In this document: positions 1 through 7,862 of the stretch, one piece after another
Layout: every line of letters begins with the position of its first letter
How positions within the stretch are numbered: the first letter of the stretch is position 1
Assembly (NCBI GenBank): GCA_050261575.1
Contig: JBLNDL010000017.1
Coordinates: 1-58,760 of the forward strand
Direction of reading: 5' to 3'
Origin: Sphingomonadaceae bacterium
GTDB taxonomy: Bacteria > Chloroflexota > UBA6077
Length of the DNA: 58,760 nucleotides
The notes under the pieces: model-generated
Told to the model about the DNA's origin: nothing
The model's input: the letters and a program-made list of their open reading frames with translations, nothing else
Database searches by the model: none
Program-made: the position numbers and the translations under genes

Positions 1-20
1 CCCCCTCTCTGTCCCTGCCA

Positions 21-41
21 TCGGGGTTGAGACAACCCCGA
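21..41 (-). terminator. Stem-loop just downstream of the ABC binding-protein gene (terminator or mRNA-stabilising hairpin)
   Basis: TCGGGGTTG-AGA-CAACCCCGA, a perfect 9-bp stem 12 nt after the stop codon. No U-tract. Confidence 0.45.
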
Positions 42-53
42 CTGCTTGGGGCG

Positions 54-1688
54 CTACCCCTCGATGTACACCGACCTCATGGTGGAGCGTGCGAAGTCGG
101 GGTGCACCGCCAACCCCTTCACGTTGGGGGCAATCCCCACCACCGACTTCTCGAAGTATGGCACGATGATCGGGCCGCGTTCGATGAAGATCTGCTGGAT
201 CTTCTTGTACAGCTCGATCCGCTTCTGCTGGTCCATCTCCGAGGCTGCCTGCTCCGCCAGCGCGTCCAGCTCGGGGTCGGACCAGTGGGTCTCGTTCCAC
301 TTCGCCCCCGTCACGTAGGCCAATTGCAGGTAGGGCTGCGGCGTCGCCCTCGATCCCCAGTCGGTGATGCCGTAGTCCACCTCCAGCCACCCGTCGTCCT
401 GGAAGTAGGTGTCCACCGGCACCACGTTGATGTCCACCGTCACTCCAGCCTCGGCCAACTGCTCCTTCCACACCACGGCGATCTTCGGCACGTCGAAGCT
501 GTTCTGGGCAGTCAACGTGATCTTCAGGTTCTCGTAGCCCGCCTCCTTCAATAGCTCCTTCGCCTTCGCCACGTCCCTCTTGAAGTCCGGCACCTGCAGG
601 TAGTAGTCGCCGAAGGCGGGTCCGATCGGCGTGTCGTGGCCGACCACCCCGTACCCCATCCGCGCCGCCTGGAGGATCGCGGCGCGATCGGTGGCCAGCT
701 TCAGTGCCTGCCGCACCCGCGGATCCTTCGCCGCGCCCCGATCGCAACGCATCCGGATCGCGAAGTGCATGTTGGTGTTCCCCTCCAGCAGGTTCGTCTT
801 ACCCTCCCGCTTCAGGGTCTCGGCCAGCTCCGCCGGCAGCCCCATCACCATATGGATCTCGCCGGCCCTCAACGCCTCCACGTGGGAGTTGAGCTGCGGG
901 GCGTAGATGTCCTGGATCCCATCCAGATAGGGCATCCCGGACATCCAGTAGTTCGGGTTGCGTTTGAAGGTGGACCGGTCCTCGGACGAGAACTTCTCGA
1001 GGATGAAGGGACCGGTCCCGTTGAAGGTTGTCTTGAAGTCCTTCTGATCCGAGGCCACGATCGCCGCGTGGTAGTCCCCCAGGTCCGCCGGCAGATCGGG
1101 ATTGGGCTTTGCAAGGACGAACTGGACGTGGGAGGCGTCCAACGCCTTGATCTCGCTGATGTTGGCGTAGAGGGCCACCGTGCCAGCCCCAACCGACTTG
1201 TCCCGCAGCCGATTGAAGGTGAAGATCACGTCGTCGGTCGTCAAGTCCTTCCCGTTGTGGAAGGTGACACCCTTGCGCAACTCGAAGGTCCACACCTTGC
1301 CGTCCGGGCTGTGCTCCCAGCCCGTCGCCAGGGCGGGCGCCGGCTGGTTCTTCTCGTCGATCCAGACGAACCAGTCGTAAACCTGGGCCACGGCGGCGAT
1401 CTCGTTCACGTTGGTCTGAAAGGCCGGGTCCAGAGTAGTGGGAGGCTGCCAGCCTCGCTTCAGGATCCCGCCCTTCTTGGGCCCGGAGGCCGCCGCGGGT
1501 GTGCCGCCGGATGCAGGTGTCGATCCCGTCGGGGCTTGAGTCTGGCTCGATCCGGAGCAACCGGCCAACGAGCCGGCCACCGCGCCGGAAGCACCCAGCA
1601 GAATCAGCGCCCGCACGAACTGGCGGCGGCTTATCTGCCCCGAGCGCAGCCGATTGAACAGCCTGTCGATCGCATCTTCGTTACTCAA
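54..1688 (-). CDS. ABC transporter substrate-binding lipoprotein, peptide/nickel family 5, Tat signal
   Basis: SRRQFV twin-arginine motif, LAGC lipobox, family-5 signature (PALATGWEHSPDGKVWTFELRKGVTFHNG), GTGPF motif. TTG start at 1688 after GGGGGTG. Confidence 0.92.
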   Translation of the reverse strand: MSNEDAIDRLFNRLRSGQISRRQFVRALILLGASGAVAGSLAGCSGSSQTQAPTGSTPASGGTPAAASGPKKGGILKRGWQPPTTLDPAFQTNVNEIAAVAQVYDWFVWIDEKNQPAPALATGWEHSPDGKVWTFELRKGVTFHNGKDLTTDDVIFTFNRLRDKSVGAGTVALYANISEIKALDASHVQFVLAKPNPDLPADLGDYHAAIVASDQKDFKTTFNGTGPFILEKFSSEDRSTFKRNPNYWMSGMPYLDGIQDIYAPQLNSHVEALRAGEIHMVMGLPAELAETLKREGKTNLLEGNTNMHFAIRMRCDRGAAKDPRVRQALKLATDRAAILQAARMGYGVVGHDTPIGPAFGDYYLQVPDFKRDVAKAKELLKEAGYENLKITLTAQNSFDVPKIAVVWKEQLAEAGVTVDINVVPVDTYFQDDGWLEVDYGITDWGSRATPQPYLQLAYVTGAKWNETHWSDPELDALAEQAASEMDQQKRIELYKKIQQIFIERGPIIVPYFEKSVVGIAPNVKGLAVHPDFARSTMRSVYIEG

Positions 1689-1931
1689 GTCAGCACCCCC
1701 ACAACTAAGTCCAGAATCACCAGCGTCGACCCAAGTCGGCCTGGGCAACACTCGGCAGATCCATCCGGCGGCCTGCCGCCACCATCAAGTATGTAAACGA
1801 CACATCGTCCGTCGAGACACCCAACCACGAAGCACCTGGACACGAAGGTTCACTGGAACTGCCTGGCCATCTCGGTGCATTCGTGGCCCAGTACCAAGGC
1901 GCTACTGCCGGAGAGGATAGCGCAGTATACC

Positions 1932-3383
1932 CTATTCCGGAGATGGATGGGCCGCCTTTCTCCGCCTCACGTACTCCAGCACCGCCTCCTCCAGCGCCGG
2001 ATCGATGGGGGGAGGCTGGTACTGGCGCAGCCACTCCTTCCAGAGAGCATTCGCCCTCTCCAGCACCGTCGGCGCGCCCTCCGCTTGCCACCCATCGTAG
2101 GGGCGGCTCTCCACCAGGGGCGAGATGCGGAGGGCGTCCCGATAGTTCGCCAGGGTATGATCCGACATCAGGAAGCTGCCACCCGGGCCCACCTGGGCCA
2201 CTGTGTCCAGGGCGAGGGATTCCCCATCCACGCGGATACCTTCGATGAATCGCTCCATGGAGGCAAGCATCTCCAGATCCAACGCGAACTGTTCGTAGCT
2301 GGCCGTCACCCCACCCTCCAGCCAACCTGCCGCATGGAGCAGCATGTGGGTGTTGCTGAGGGTCAGCCCCCACAGGCAGCTCATCTTCTCGATCGCGGCC
2401 TGGGCATCGCAGGTGGGAGAAGATGTCACCAACCCCATGCCGCGGTGGGGCAATCGGTAACGGCGAGCCAGTTGCCCTGCCGCGACCTCCATCTGCACAC
2501 CCTCTGGATTCCCAAAGAGCGGACTGCCCGAGCGCATGTCGCCACTGGAGCCGAAGGAGCCGTACAGTACGGGGGTGCCGGGGTTGACCAGCTCGGCGAG
2601 GGCGACGCCCGCCAGCACCTCGGCGTTCTGCTGGGCCAGCGACCCCGCCGAGGTGACGGGCGACATCACCCCCGTCAGGATAAACGGGGTGATCTTGAGG
2701 GGCTGGCCGGCACCGGCAAAGGCCACGATTGCCTCGAGGGTCTCCCTGCTGAAGCGCAGCGGGCTGTCCACGTTGACGCCGCCCAGCACCGCCGGCCGCC
2801 CGCGCAGGGCCACTTCGCCCCCCACCAGCAGCGCCGCCACCGCGAGGGCATCCTCGGCGCCGGCACCGTCGAGCCCCATCACCCCCAGCGGCTTGTCTGA
2901 GTAGCGGATGGCAGCGTACAGGAAGTCCAGGTGCCGCGTGGTGGCGGGGAGATCCAGGGCCTCCACGCAGCGGTAGGTCAGGTCCAGCAGCGGGCTCTGA
3001 TGGGTCAACTGGATGAAGCGGACCTGGTCTGCGTAGCTGCCGGGCCTGCGCCCCTCGTCCATGCTGGAGACCATCGATGGACCGCCCACCGGCACGAGCA
3101 CCATCCCATCCCCGCCCACCTCGACGCTCCGGTTGGGGTCCCGGCCGTGCAGGGTGAAGCGCTCCGGGGCTCGCGCGACCGCCTCCATCACCAGTTCCCG
3201 CGGCAGGCGAGCCCGACGAGCCGGCCAGTCCACCAAGGCCCCTTTGCCCTCCACCAGATCCAGCGCCCGGTCGTCCAGCATCTCCACCCCTACCTCCTCC
3301 AGCAGGCGTAGCGATGCCAGGTGTATCACCTCGACCTGATCCTCAGATAGGGCGGCCAGCGGACGGGATGGGATCTTCAACAT
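1932..3383 (-). CDS. Trimethylamine methyltransferase (MttB superfamily), non-pyrrolysine type
   Basis: IHLASLRLLEEVGV, NVDSPLRF, MSPVTSAGSLAQQNAEVLAG, DAQAAIEK, HAAGWLEGG, VGPGGSFL motifs. No in-frame TAG. Confidence 0.92.
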   Translation of the reverse strand: MLKIPSRPLAALSEDQVEVIHLASLRLLEEVGVEMLDDRALDLVEGKGALVDWPARRARLPRELVMEAVARAPERFTLHGRDPNRSVEVGGDGMVLVPVGGPSMVSSMDEGRRPGSYADQVRFIQLTHQSPLLDLTYRCVEALDLPATTRHLDFLYAAIRYSDKPLGVMGLDGAGAEDALAVAALLVGGEVALRGRPAVLGGVNVDSPLRFSRETLEAIVAFAGAGQPLKITPFILTGVMSPVTSAGSLAQQNAEVLAGVALAELVNPGTPVLYGSFGSSGDMRSGSPLFGNPEGVQMEVAAGQLARRYRLPHRGMGLVTSSPTCDAQAAIEKMSCLWGLTLSNTHMLLHAAGWLEGGVTASYEQFALDLEMLASMERFIEGIRVDGESLALDTVAQVGPGGSFLMSDHTLANYRDALRISPLVESRPYDGWQAEGAPTVLERANALWKEWLRQYQPPPIDPALEEAVLEYVRRRKAAHPSPE

Positions 3384-3419
3384 GCGGCGAGACCACCTTC
3401 TTCCCAAGAAACCTCGGCG

Positions 3420-3501
3420 GATCCGCAGCTATCGCAGATCGATGCAGAAACGCGTCCCCCGGTTCGGCATCTGTGAGCATCTGCGTGCATCTGCGGATAG
3501 G
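3420..3501. repeat. ATCTGCG/CGCAGAT-type imperfect inverted repeat element
   Basis: ATCCGCAG..CGCAGAT..GCAGA facing CATCTGTG-CATCTGCG-CATCTGCGGAT. A related copy lies at ~39485-39565. Confidence 0.65.
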
Positions 3502-3518
3502 CTCTGTTGGGCACTCCG

Positions 3519-3588
3519 AAGCAGGCATCTCTCGTTTATGTCAACTTCTCTGGCAGGAAACGTGTACCCTACCCAGAGATACCTGCTT
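3519..3588 (-). repeat. 70-bp TIR-bounded element, copy 1 (MITE-like)
   Basis: Ends AAGCAGGCATCTCT...AGAGATACCTGCTT. Its reverse complement aligns without gaps to 34828-34897, 39329-39398 and 39574-39643. Confidence 0.85.
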
Positions 3589-3740
3589 GGCCACGACTGC
3601 GAAGCAGGCGGCGCCGTGGAGAGATGAGCCCTTGGGGCGGGACCTCTTGTAGCACGGCCAACGCCGCCCTGTCAACCGAGGCCCTGCCCAACCTGCTACA
3701 ATGGCGCGGCACCCATTCTCACTCGTCGCAGGACAGCGCC

Positions 3741-4841
3741 ATGCCGACCATCGACACCAAGCCCCCATCCGGGATGCGCGACTTCCTTCCGGCGGAGTGC
3801 CGCCTCCGCCGAAAGCTCTTCTCCACCGCCGTGGAAGTCTTCGAGCGCTACGGCTACCTGCCCTTGGAGACTCCGGCCATGGAGCGGCTGGAGATCCTCG
3901 AGGGAAGCTACGCCGAGGAAGGTGCAAGGCAGATCTACAAGGTCTCGAAGCAGGGCGGCAAGTGCGTGAGCGGCCTCGGCCTTCGCTACAACTTCACCGT
4001 TCCACTCGCCCGTGTGGCGGCGGAGCACCAGGGCAAGCTGGGCACCCTCTTCAAGGTGTATCAGGCCGGCCCCGTGTGGAGAGGCGACCGGCCGGGGCAT
4101 GGGCGCTACCGGGAGTCCTACCACTGCGACGTGGATCTGGTGGGCAGCGCGTCCCCCCTGGCCGACGCCGAGGCCATCCTGGTACTGGCCGAAGCACTTC
4201 GGGCCATGGGCATAGGGGAGTACACGGTCAGGCTGAGCAGCCGAAGGCTGGTGGACTCACCGAAGAGCCAGGAGGGGCTGGCCGAGGTCGAGACGATCGT
4301 GGGGCTGATCGAGCCTCTGCTGGAGGGCGGCCGGATCGTCGTCGATCCGCGGCTGGCCCGCGGCCTGGACTACTACACCGGCTCAATCTTCGAGATCGAC
4401 GCGCCGGACGCCGCCGGAAGCCTCGCCCTGGGCGGGCGCTACGACGAGTTGATCGGCCTCTTCGCAGGAAGGCCGGTACCGGCCTGCGGCGGCTCGCTCT
4501 ACATGGATCGGGTCGCGCTGCTGCTCCAGGGGCAGAGCGGAGGGGCGACCTCCTCGGCCACGGCGATGGTGACCGTCTGGGACCCCGCGCACAGGCTCGA
4601 GAGCCTGCGACTGGCAGCCGAGCTGCGAAGGGAGGGGATCCCCACAGAGCTGTACGTTGGCGAGGGCGGACTGAGCAAGCAACTCCGATACGCATCCGAG
4701 AGAGGCATCCCCTTCTGCATCCTGCTTGGCCCCGACGAGGCCGCGAGGGGAGAGGTCGCGATCAAGGAGATGCGGACCGGAACCCAGCGCGCCCTGCCTC
4801 GCGATCGAGTGTCGGAGGCCCTGAGGGGCGCGCAGCCGTAG
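3741..4841 (+). CDS. Histidyl-tRNA synthetase-like protein (divergent paralog, 366 aa)
   Basis: GMRDFLP, ETPAME, LRYNFTVPLAR, VWRGDRPGHGRYRE, ARGLDYYTG, GGRYD and a C-terminal anticodon-binding domain (LSKQLRYA...LLGPDE). Several catalytic residues are altered. Confidence 0.85.
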   Translation: MPTIDTKPPSGMRDFLPAECRLRRKLFSTAVEVFERYGYLPLETPAMERLEILEGSYAEEGARQIYKVSKQGGKCVSGLGLRYNFTVPLARVAAEHQGKLGTLFKVYQAGPVWRGDRPGHGRYRESYHCDVDLVGSASPLADAEAILVLAEALRAMGIGEYTVRLSSRRLVDSPKSQEGLAEVETIVGLIEPLLEGGRIVVDPRLARGLDYYTGSIFEIDAPDAAGSLALGGRYDELIGLFAGRPVPACGGSLYMDRVALLLQGQSGGATSSATAMVTVWDPAHRLESLRLAAELRREGIPTELYVGEGGLSKQLRYASERGIPFCILLGPDEAARGEVAIKEMRTGTQRALPRDRVSEALRGAQP

Positions 4842-4852
4842 AGCCTGCCCCC

Positions 4853-4965
4853 GTAGGAGCCCAGCCCGGCGCGGGAGCGACCGCCGTGTCCGCCCTTCCG
4901 GTGCAGACGCTGGGCAAGGGCCCACCCAGGACGACGGGCGGGCGGATATGCATGTCCGCCCCTAC
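4853..4965. repeat. GTAG-family REP/REPIN-like element between convergent genes
   Basis: Starts GTAGGAGC and ends CCGCCCCTAC. Contains the hairpin GGGCGGATATGCATGTCCGCCC. Confidence 0.6.
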
Positions 4966-5005
4966 GATCGCCCGGGGGCACTGCATGCTCTGCGCGTAAG
5001 GCGCA

Positions 5006-6340
5006 TCAGGCCCCTTGTACCGCGGATCGACCGTAGAAGCCGGTAACCAGATCCGCGGGCGAGGACACCAGATCCATCAGCAGATTCACCAGGGAGAAAG
5101 CCGCGGGCCGGCTCGCCAGCAGCCTGGGCAACAGGTTGTGGTGGACGTAGCACTTCTCCACGGTCCGAATGCCCTCCCGCAGCTCCTCTGGTCCCACCTC
5201 CGTGCGGCCACCCGCCACAGCCAGCGCCACGGCGTACCATCGAACGAGCGCAAAGTAGGCCAGCAGATACTGCACACCCTTCCGCACCGTGGGCTGAGCC
5301 AGAAGCCCCTTCCGCCGAAGCCACTCGCAGAGGTAGCGGAGCATCATCGGCCGGAGACGCGGCGAGTCCTGGTCGAAACTCACCCGAGGCATCGCCTCCA
5401 GATCGATCTCGGTCGCCAGGGAGGGGAGGGACACCCTACCGCGACCCCGCGCGAGGCCCACCGCCTGCCCCAGAACCCCTCGCATCAGGCCGTCACCCCG
5501 CTCGGTGGCCACACTGGCCTCCACGAGGGCGATGAGCGGGGCGAGCGCTGACCGCTGCCGGCCGAAGCTCGGGACCTTCCCCAGCGGCTGCTGATACAGC
5601 CACTCTACCCCGCTGTCGCTCCACATCATGTGCTGCAGCCAGTTGGCGAAGGGCGCTGCGGCTTTGTCGCCCCGACCGTACTGGGCCACCGCCCCATCCA
5701 CCAGCCGGTGCACGGCCAGCAGACGGACCGCCATGGTGTGGGAGTTCTCCTCCAGGATCTCGATTATGGCCCTCTCCAGCGCCTCGTAGCTCCAAATGTC
5801 CAGCCCGATGTCGGCGGTGAGCACGATCCGGTCGGGGGTCGAGATCAGACCGCTAACCCGAACCCCGTCGGCCCGGACAGCATCCCAGAGTGGGTCGGCT
5901 CGCATCGACTCGATCCACTCCCTCTGCTGGGCCAGGGGCGTGCCCTCGCCCGCCGCGACCGACCTGCAGGCAAAGGAGGCCGAGGCGACCACCTCCGAGG
6001 GGGTCTCAACCAGCACCAGCGGGAAGAGGCGACAGATCAGGGGCTTCGCCTCGTAGCCCAACCGCTCGTGGATCAGGCAGCGGCCGTCCTCCTCCAGGAA
6101 GGCGCAGCCCACCCCCAGCTTGGCCAGCCGGAAGCGGGGAGAGGATTCGAGGCTAGGGCCCGGGTTCTCCACGAAGAGGATCTTGCCCGCCAGCCTGGGC
6201 GAGATCTCCCCCCAATCGATCCCCTCCAGCCTCGCCTTCTCCTCTGGAAGCAGGGGCACCATCAACCCACGGCAGCAGTCCCCGCACTGCTGGCAGGTGA
6301 AATGGACCTCCGGGCTTATCTCGAGTCGAATGCTATCCAT
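5006..6340 (-). CDS. YkgJ/FliB-like cysteine-cluster (putative Fe-S or Zn) protein with a long C-terminal domain
   Basis: FTCQQCGDCC, CAFLEEDGRCLIH, KPLICRLFP, followed by a further Cys (FACRS). Confidence 0.85.
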   Translation of the reverse strand: MDSIRLEISPEVHFTCQQCGDCCRGLMVPLLPEEKARLEGIDWGEISPRLAGKILFVENPGPSLESSPRFRLAKLGVGCAFLEEDGRCLIHERLGYEAKPLICRLFPLVLVETPSEVVASASFACRSVAAGEGTPLAQQREWIESMRADPLWDAVRADGVRVSGLISTPDRIVLTADIGLDIWSYEALERAIIEILEENSHTMAVRLLAVHRLVDGAVAQYGRGDKAAAPFANWLQHMMWSDSGVEWLYQQPLGKVPSFGRQRSALAPLIALVEASVATERGDGLMRGVLGQAVGLARGRGRVSLPSLATEIDLEAMPRVSFDQDSPRLRPMMLRYLCEWLRRKGLLAQPTVRKGVQYLLAYFALVRWYAVALAVAGGRTEVGPEELREGIRTVEKCYVHHNLLPRLLASRPAAFSLVNLLMDLVSSPADLVTGFYGRSAVQGA

Positions 6341-6749
6341 TTCGGTGGCGCGGCCTCTTTCTGATGGTTTGCGGCGTTTGCCGTCGCGGCTCCGGCGCCG
6401 CGGGCTCGGTTGCCTGCAATCGTAGGGCAGCCTCGGCCAGCAGGAACGACAAGAGGGTGATGCCCACCATGGCGACCACGGAGACCTCCCCCACGATCTG
6501 GCGGACGGCGCCGCTCACCACGGCCAGAACGCCCATTCCCAGGGTGAGCCGGCTCATGGGGATGTCCCGCAGGTATCTGGCACCGTTCAGTCCCAACAGT
6601 GTCAAACCGGCGCCGATGTACTGGTAGCTGCGCAGGTCGACCTGCATCGACCTCTCCGCGAGAGCCGTCAGGCCCCACATGGCGAAGAACACCACCCACG
6701 CGATGGTGGTAAGCCTCTTGTTCTGGGCGGACTTGTCCAGCGCCGTCAT
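6333..6749 (-). CDS. Hypothetical membrane protein (~4 TM helices)
   Basis: Hydrophobic segments. GGAGG upstream (alternative GTG start at 6761). Stop overlaps the start of the YkgJ-like gene. Confidence 0.75.
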   Translation of the reverse strand: MTALDKSAQNKRLTTIAWVVFFAMWGLTALAERSMQVDLRSYQYIGAGLTLLGLNGARYLRDIPMSRLTLGMGVLAVVSGAVRQIVGEVSVVAMVGITLLSFLLAEAALRLQATEPAAPEPRRQTPQTIRKRPRHRNG

Positions 6750-6815
6750 CTCTACTGCCACCACGCCTCCCCCTCGGAACGGTAATCCCGGGCACAGCGC
6801 GGCCCGGTGGCTGGC

Positions 6816-6844
6816 AGGATAAGACCGGGACCACCTTCTGTCAA
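6816..6844 (-). promoter_or_regulatory. Sigma70-type promoter for the membrane protein/YkgJ operon
   Basis: TTGACA-17 bp-TATCCT on the minus strand. Confidence 0.6.
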
Positions 6845-6858
6845 GAATGGCAGGGGAA

Positions 6859-6887
6859 TTGACACTCTCCGCCGGAGCCAATATGAT
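6859..6887 (+). promoter_or_regulatory. Sigma70-type promoter for the LysM gene (back-to-back with the previous promoter)
   Basis: TTGACA-17 bp-TATGAT. Confidence 0.7.
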
Positions 6888-6974
6888 GCGTGCGGTATCC
6901 ACGGGAAGCTTGTTCCCCGCCTCTGCATCGACGGCCCCCGGAAGGGACGCCACCTGCGAATTCAGGGGATTTCC

Positions 6975-7445
6975 ATGTCCAGCCAACCACCACGATCGAC
7001 CGGTCGGGTTTCCGCGCGAGCACCGGAGCCGGAGGAACTCTATCCGCACATTCCGGAGCCCAGGCAGAGCAGCACCGGCAGCCTGCTGGCCTTCGTGAGT
7101 GTGCTGGCGGTGTTGGGGTTCGGCTTCTGGACCGCGGTGGCGACGATCACCGACTCAGGCGATAAGCCGAGCGAGAGACCGACATCCACCCCTGCGGCGA
7201 CTCACACTACAGCCCCGGCCGCCACGGCGGCGCGGTCCGCACCGGCATCCGCTCCCACCGGCACTCCCGCCGCTTCGAGCACGGCCGCGCCCGGATCGGG
7301 AAGGGTGCACGTGGTTGGACAGGGCGACACCCTCACCAAGATCGCCCAGAGGTACGGGACCACCGTGGACGCCATCATGGCGGCCAACGGCATCACCGAC
7401 CGCGGCAAGATCCTCCACGTCGGCGATCGCCTCACCATTCCGTAG
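6975..7445 (+). CDS. Membrane-anchored LysM-domain protein
   Basis: One TM helix, P/T/A-rich linker, C-terminal LysM (HVVGQGDTLTKIAQRYGTTVDAIMAANGI...GDRLTIP). Confidence 0.88.
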   Translation: MSSQPPRSTGRVSARAPEPEELYPHIPEPRQSSTGSLLAFVSVLAVLGFGFWTAVATITDSGDKPSERPTSTPAATHTTAPAATAARSAPASAPTGTPAASSTAAPGSGRVHVVGQGDTLTKIAQRYGTTVDAIMAANGITDRGKILHVGDRLTIP

Positions 7446-7540
7446 GTCGGCTGCGCGGGGTAACCGCCGCAGTCGAGCCCGACTAGCCAGTAGCCGCACC
7501 CTCCACACGGGTGATGCGTATCGGCATCACCGTCCCATCA

Positions 7541-7612
7541 GTAGGGGCCGTGCCCGTGAGGCTGCGCTCGCTCGCCTCGCGGGCACGCTCGCGTCACGCT
7601 GCGCGTGCGCCC
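7541..7612. repeat. GTAG-family REP-like element
   Basis: Starts GTAGGGGCCGTGCCCG. Shares the 23-mer CGTGAGGCTGCGCTCGCTCGCCT with 10149-10171. Confidence 0.65.
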
Positions 7613-7627
7613 GGGATCGATGGACCA

Positions 7628-7750
7628 CTATCCGCCAAACTGGCTCATGAGCAGGAGCGCCACCAACCCCACGACGGAGAGCAGCACCCGCGCCACCATG
7701 CCACGCCGCCCCACGGCCGCCTTCTCGTCGCCCTCGGGCTCACCTTCCAT
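7628..7750 (-). CDS. Small membrane protein, 40 aa (absent from ORF track)
   Basis: GGAGGT SD, then ATG. Sequence MEGEPEGDEKAAVGRRGMVARVLLSVVGLVALLLMSQFGG has a single C-terminal hydrophobic helix. Confidence 0.55.
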   Translation of the reverse strand: MEGEPEGDEKAAVGRRGMVARVLLSVVGLVALLLMSQFGG

Positions 7751-7862
7751 GGCACTCAGACCTCCAGAAAGGGGGAAGGCACAGGGTATACCAAGAATGG
7801 AGCGAAGAGCAGTGAGTGATCAGTCACGGGCAGCGAGTGCAGAGGTAGGGCGCGCTCATCGC

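Noticed and set aside
1932..3383. Pyrrolysine-containing MttB
   Set aside because: The ORF is uninterrupted and has no in-frame TAG near the DAQA motif.
3741..4841. Annotation as hisZ or as ordinary hisS
   Set aside because: It keeps the anticodon domain (unlike HisZ) yet has altered catalytic residues and a deleted insertion domain (unlike typical HisRS).
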